This document shows, in pieces, positions 63,993 to 64,000 of a stretch of DNA of 64,000 bases. Made by a program: the position numbers and the translations under genes. The stretch's first letter is position 1. Every line of letters begins with the position of its first letter. The stretch spans positions 299,165-363,164 of the forward strand of contig NMRA01000128.1 of assembly GCA_002633005.1 (NCBI GenBank), read 5' to 3'. The notes beneath the pieces were generated by a model, which saw nothing but the letters and a program-made list of their open reading frames with translations, did not search any database and had not been told where the DNA came from. This DNA is from Phoronis australis. Lineage: Eukaryota > Animalia > Phoronida.

Positions 63993-64000
63993 CGATAGGT

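Overview
This is AT-rich, intron-rich genomic DNA from a non-vertebrate animal. The repeat types resemble those of lophotrochozoans or molluscs, but the taxon cannot be fixed from the sequence alone. Reconstructing exons by hand (GT-AG boundaries, consistent phases) gives five protein-coding genes: PSMD8/Rpn12 (minus strand, 3' end outside the window), head-to-head with FAM98 (plus); an unnamed 490-aa gene with two ubiquitin-like domains, a vWA domain and a polybasic CaaX-like tail (minus); MLH3 (minus, 14 coding exons); and a ZC2HC1C-like gene (plus). There is also a probable terminal exon and 3' UTR of an unidentified minus-strand gene near 57-60 kb. Repeats include a Penelope-like GIY-YIG remnant with a hammerhead-like motif, four foldback elements, a Helentron-type non-autonomous element whose trimeric satellite carries co-oriented CTCF-consensus motifs, two LINE 3' remnants, tRNA-derived SINE heads and microsatellites. 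The best candidates for novelty are the UBL-UBL-vWA-CaaX protein and the mobile CTCF-motif array. The PSMD8-FAM98 and MLH3-ZC2HC1C pairs also look like ancient microsynteny shared with humans. No CRISPR array or prokaryotic system is present.
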